A program made the translations under genes and the position numbers. From an uncultured Gemmataceae bacterium (GTDB lineage: Bacteria > Planctomycetota > Planctomycetia > Gemmatales > Gemmataceae), in NCBI GenBank assembly GCA_963750165.1, contig CAVVPN010000003.1:608001-672000 (forward strand): a stretch of DNA of 64,000 nt, in the 5' to 3' direction. The notes under the pieces are model-generated. The model saw nothing but the letters and a program-made list of their open reading frames with translations. It had not been told where the DNA came from and ran no database searches. Of the stretch, positions 62,453-64,000 are shown piece by piece (the stretch's first letter is position 1; each line of letters starts with the position of its first letter).

Positions 62453-64000
62453 ATGCCACCCCCGCGCGAGCAACCCAACCCCCCCGGCAAGAATCGCCGA
62501 CGCCCGGACGTCATGCCCGGCGGGTGGCTCTGGTTGATTTTATTGATCGTATTGGTCCTGGTCCTGGTCGTCGTGGTCGGCTCCAACAGCGGCGGCCTGC
62601 TCGGCTACAGCGATTTCGTCAGCCTGGTTAATCAGGGCAAGGACCACGAACACCCCGGCGCCCCGAACGCCGTCGTCAAGAAGGTCATCTTCGTCGGTCA
62701 GGACCGTCTGGAGGGCGAACTGTTCGAGGGCAAGCCCGACCCCGACAGCAGCATCGGCCGGCAGTTGCGCGGCAACCGCAAGTTCTCGACGCTGATCCCC
62801 CAGGGCGAAATCCAGACCGGCGCTGTCACCAAATTGCTGGTCGAGAATAACGTCCCGTTCTCGCGCCAGGACGACAACGGCGCCTGGTTCCAGCAGTTGC
62901 TCATGCTGATCCTGCCGGCGGTCATTCTGCTGGCCATCTTCTTCTTTTTCCTGTTGCCGCGCTTCCGCGACCCGCTGGGCGGCGGCTTCCTGAGCAACTA
63001 CATCAAGAGCCCGGCCAAGCGCTACGAGCAGGGCAAGAAGCGTGTCACCTTTGACGATGTGGCCGACATGCAGTCGGCCAAGAGCGAGCTGCAAGAGATC
63101 GTCGAATTCCTCAAGGATGCGCAGAAGTTTCAGCGGCTCGGAGCGCAGGTGCCCAAGGGCGTGCTGCTGATCGGGCCGCCCGGCACCGGCAAGACCCTGC
63201 TGGCCCGCGCCGTCGCCGGCGAGGCGGGGGTGCCGTTCTTCAGCATCAGCGGTTCGGAGTTCATCCAGATGTTCGTCGGCGTCGGCGCCAGCCGGGTCCG
63301 CGACATGTTCAAGACCGCCAAGGAGAACGCCCCGTGCCTGCTGTTCATCGACGAGATTGACGCCGTGGGCCGCATGCGCGGCGCCGGCGTCGGCGGCGGC
63401 TCCGACGAGCGCGAACAGACGCTCAATCAAATCCTCAGCGAAATGGACGGCTTCCAGCCGAACGAGTCGGTGATCGTGATCGCGGCGACCAACCGGCCGG
63501 ACGTGCTGGACTCGGCGCTGTTGCGGCCGGGCCGGTTCGACCGTCACGTGACCATCGACCGGCCGACCTGGCAGGGCCGGCTGGCGATCCTGAAGGTCCA
63601 CACGCGCAACAAACCGCTGGCGGACGACGTGAACCTGGAGCAGGTCGCTCGCAAGATGATCGGCATGACCGGCGCGGACCTGCGCAACCTGGCCAACGAG
63701 GCGGCGCTGCTGGCGACGCGCGAGAACAAGATGCGCATCGACCGCAGCGACTTCGAGCGCGCCGCCGACCGCGTGCTGATGGGGCCGAAGCGCGAGGAGG
63801 TGCTGAACAACGACGAGAAGCGGCGCACCGCCTACCACGAGGCCGGCCACACGCTGGTGAGCTACTACGAGCCGGAGGCGGACCCGCCGCAGAAGGTGAC
63901 CATTGTGCCGCGCGGCCGTGCCGGCGGCGTGACGTTCATCCCGCCGGACGAGGAACGCTTCCACCACAGCCTGGAATACTTCAAGGCCCGGCTGATGGCG
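62453..64000 (+). CDS. ftsH: ATP-dependent zinc metalloprotease FtsH, 3'-partial (absent from ORF track because no stop in window)
   Basis: Two TM helices, [59 protein letters not shown]. Confidence 0.96.
   Translation, partial: MPPPREQPNPPGKNRRRPDVMPGGWLWLILLIVLVLVLVVVVGSNSGGLLGYSDFVSLVNQGKDHEHPGAPNAVVKKVIFVGQDRLEGELFEGKPDPDSSIGRQLRGNRKFSTLIPQGEIQTGAVTKLLVENNVPFSRQDDNGAWFQQLLMLILPAVILLAIFFFFLLPRFRDPLGGGFLSNYIKSPAKRYEQGKKRVTFDDVADMQSAKSELQEIVEFLKDAQKFQRLGAQVPKGVLLIGPPGTGKTLLARAVAGEAGVPFFSISGSEFIQMFVGVGASRVRDMFKTAKENAPCLLFIDEIDAVGRMRGAGVGGGSDEREQTLNQILSEMDGFQPNESVIVIAATNRPDVLDSALLRPGRFDRHVTIDRPTWQGRLAILKVHTRNKPLADDVNLEQVARKMIGMTGADLRNLANEAALLATRENKMRIDRSDFERAADRVLMGPKREEVLNNDEKRRTAYHEAGHTLVSYYEPEADPPQKVTIVPRGRAGGVTFIPPDEERFHHSLEYFKARLMA

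Overview
GC-rich bacterial DNA, almost certainly from a planctomycete (Gemmataceae-like). This is inferred from the DUF1501 and DUF1549/DUF1553 genes, the ECF sigma + Ser/Thr kinase-WD40 pair, the LExLEERxxP extracellular proteins and an MTEAEW...HVRGCW family gene. Order of content: a partial BSP-type peptidase; ECF sigma factor and kinase/WD40 gene; a QW-repeat protein split by a 1.78-kb IS (20-bp TIRs, inserted in a poly-A run); a cytochrome c/DUF1553-DUF1501-PQQ propeller cluster; an FHA pseudokinase; a nucleotidyltransferase-HD fusion; a TIGR03032-type gene followed by a 6528-aa repetitive surface protein and two LE-motif paralogs. Then comes an accessory block at 42.7-52.4 kb with a J-like/GrpE-like/atypical Hsp70 operon, a broken HEPN gene with its partner, a DUF413/MaoP-like + Gam-like fusion, and a DAC-domain gene next to a UvrC-like gene. 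The window ends with SDR, ferritin-like + B12 radical SAM, zinc-ribbon proteins, a second DUF1501, a tRNA 3' remnant and the 5' part of ftsH. The best candidate for an undescribed system is the dedicated non-canonical Hsp70 triad and its neighbours. About nine frameshifts occur, several in homopolymer or dinucleotide runs, and may be sequencing errors. No CRISPR array, rRNA or complete tRNA was seen. All family assignments are from motif recognition by eye, not database searches.
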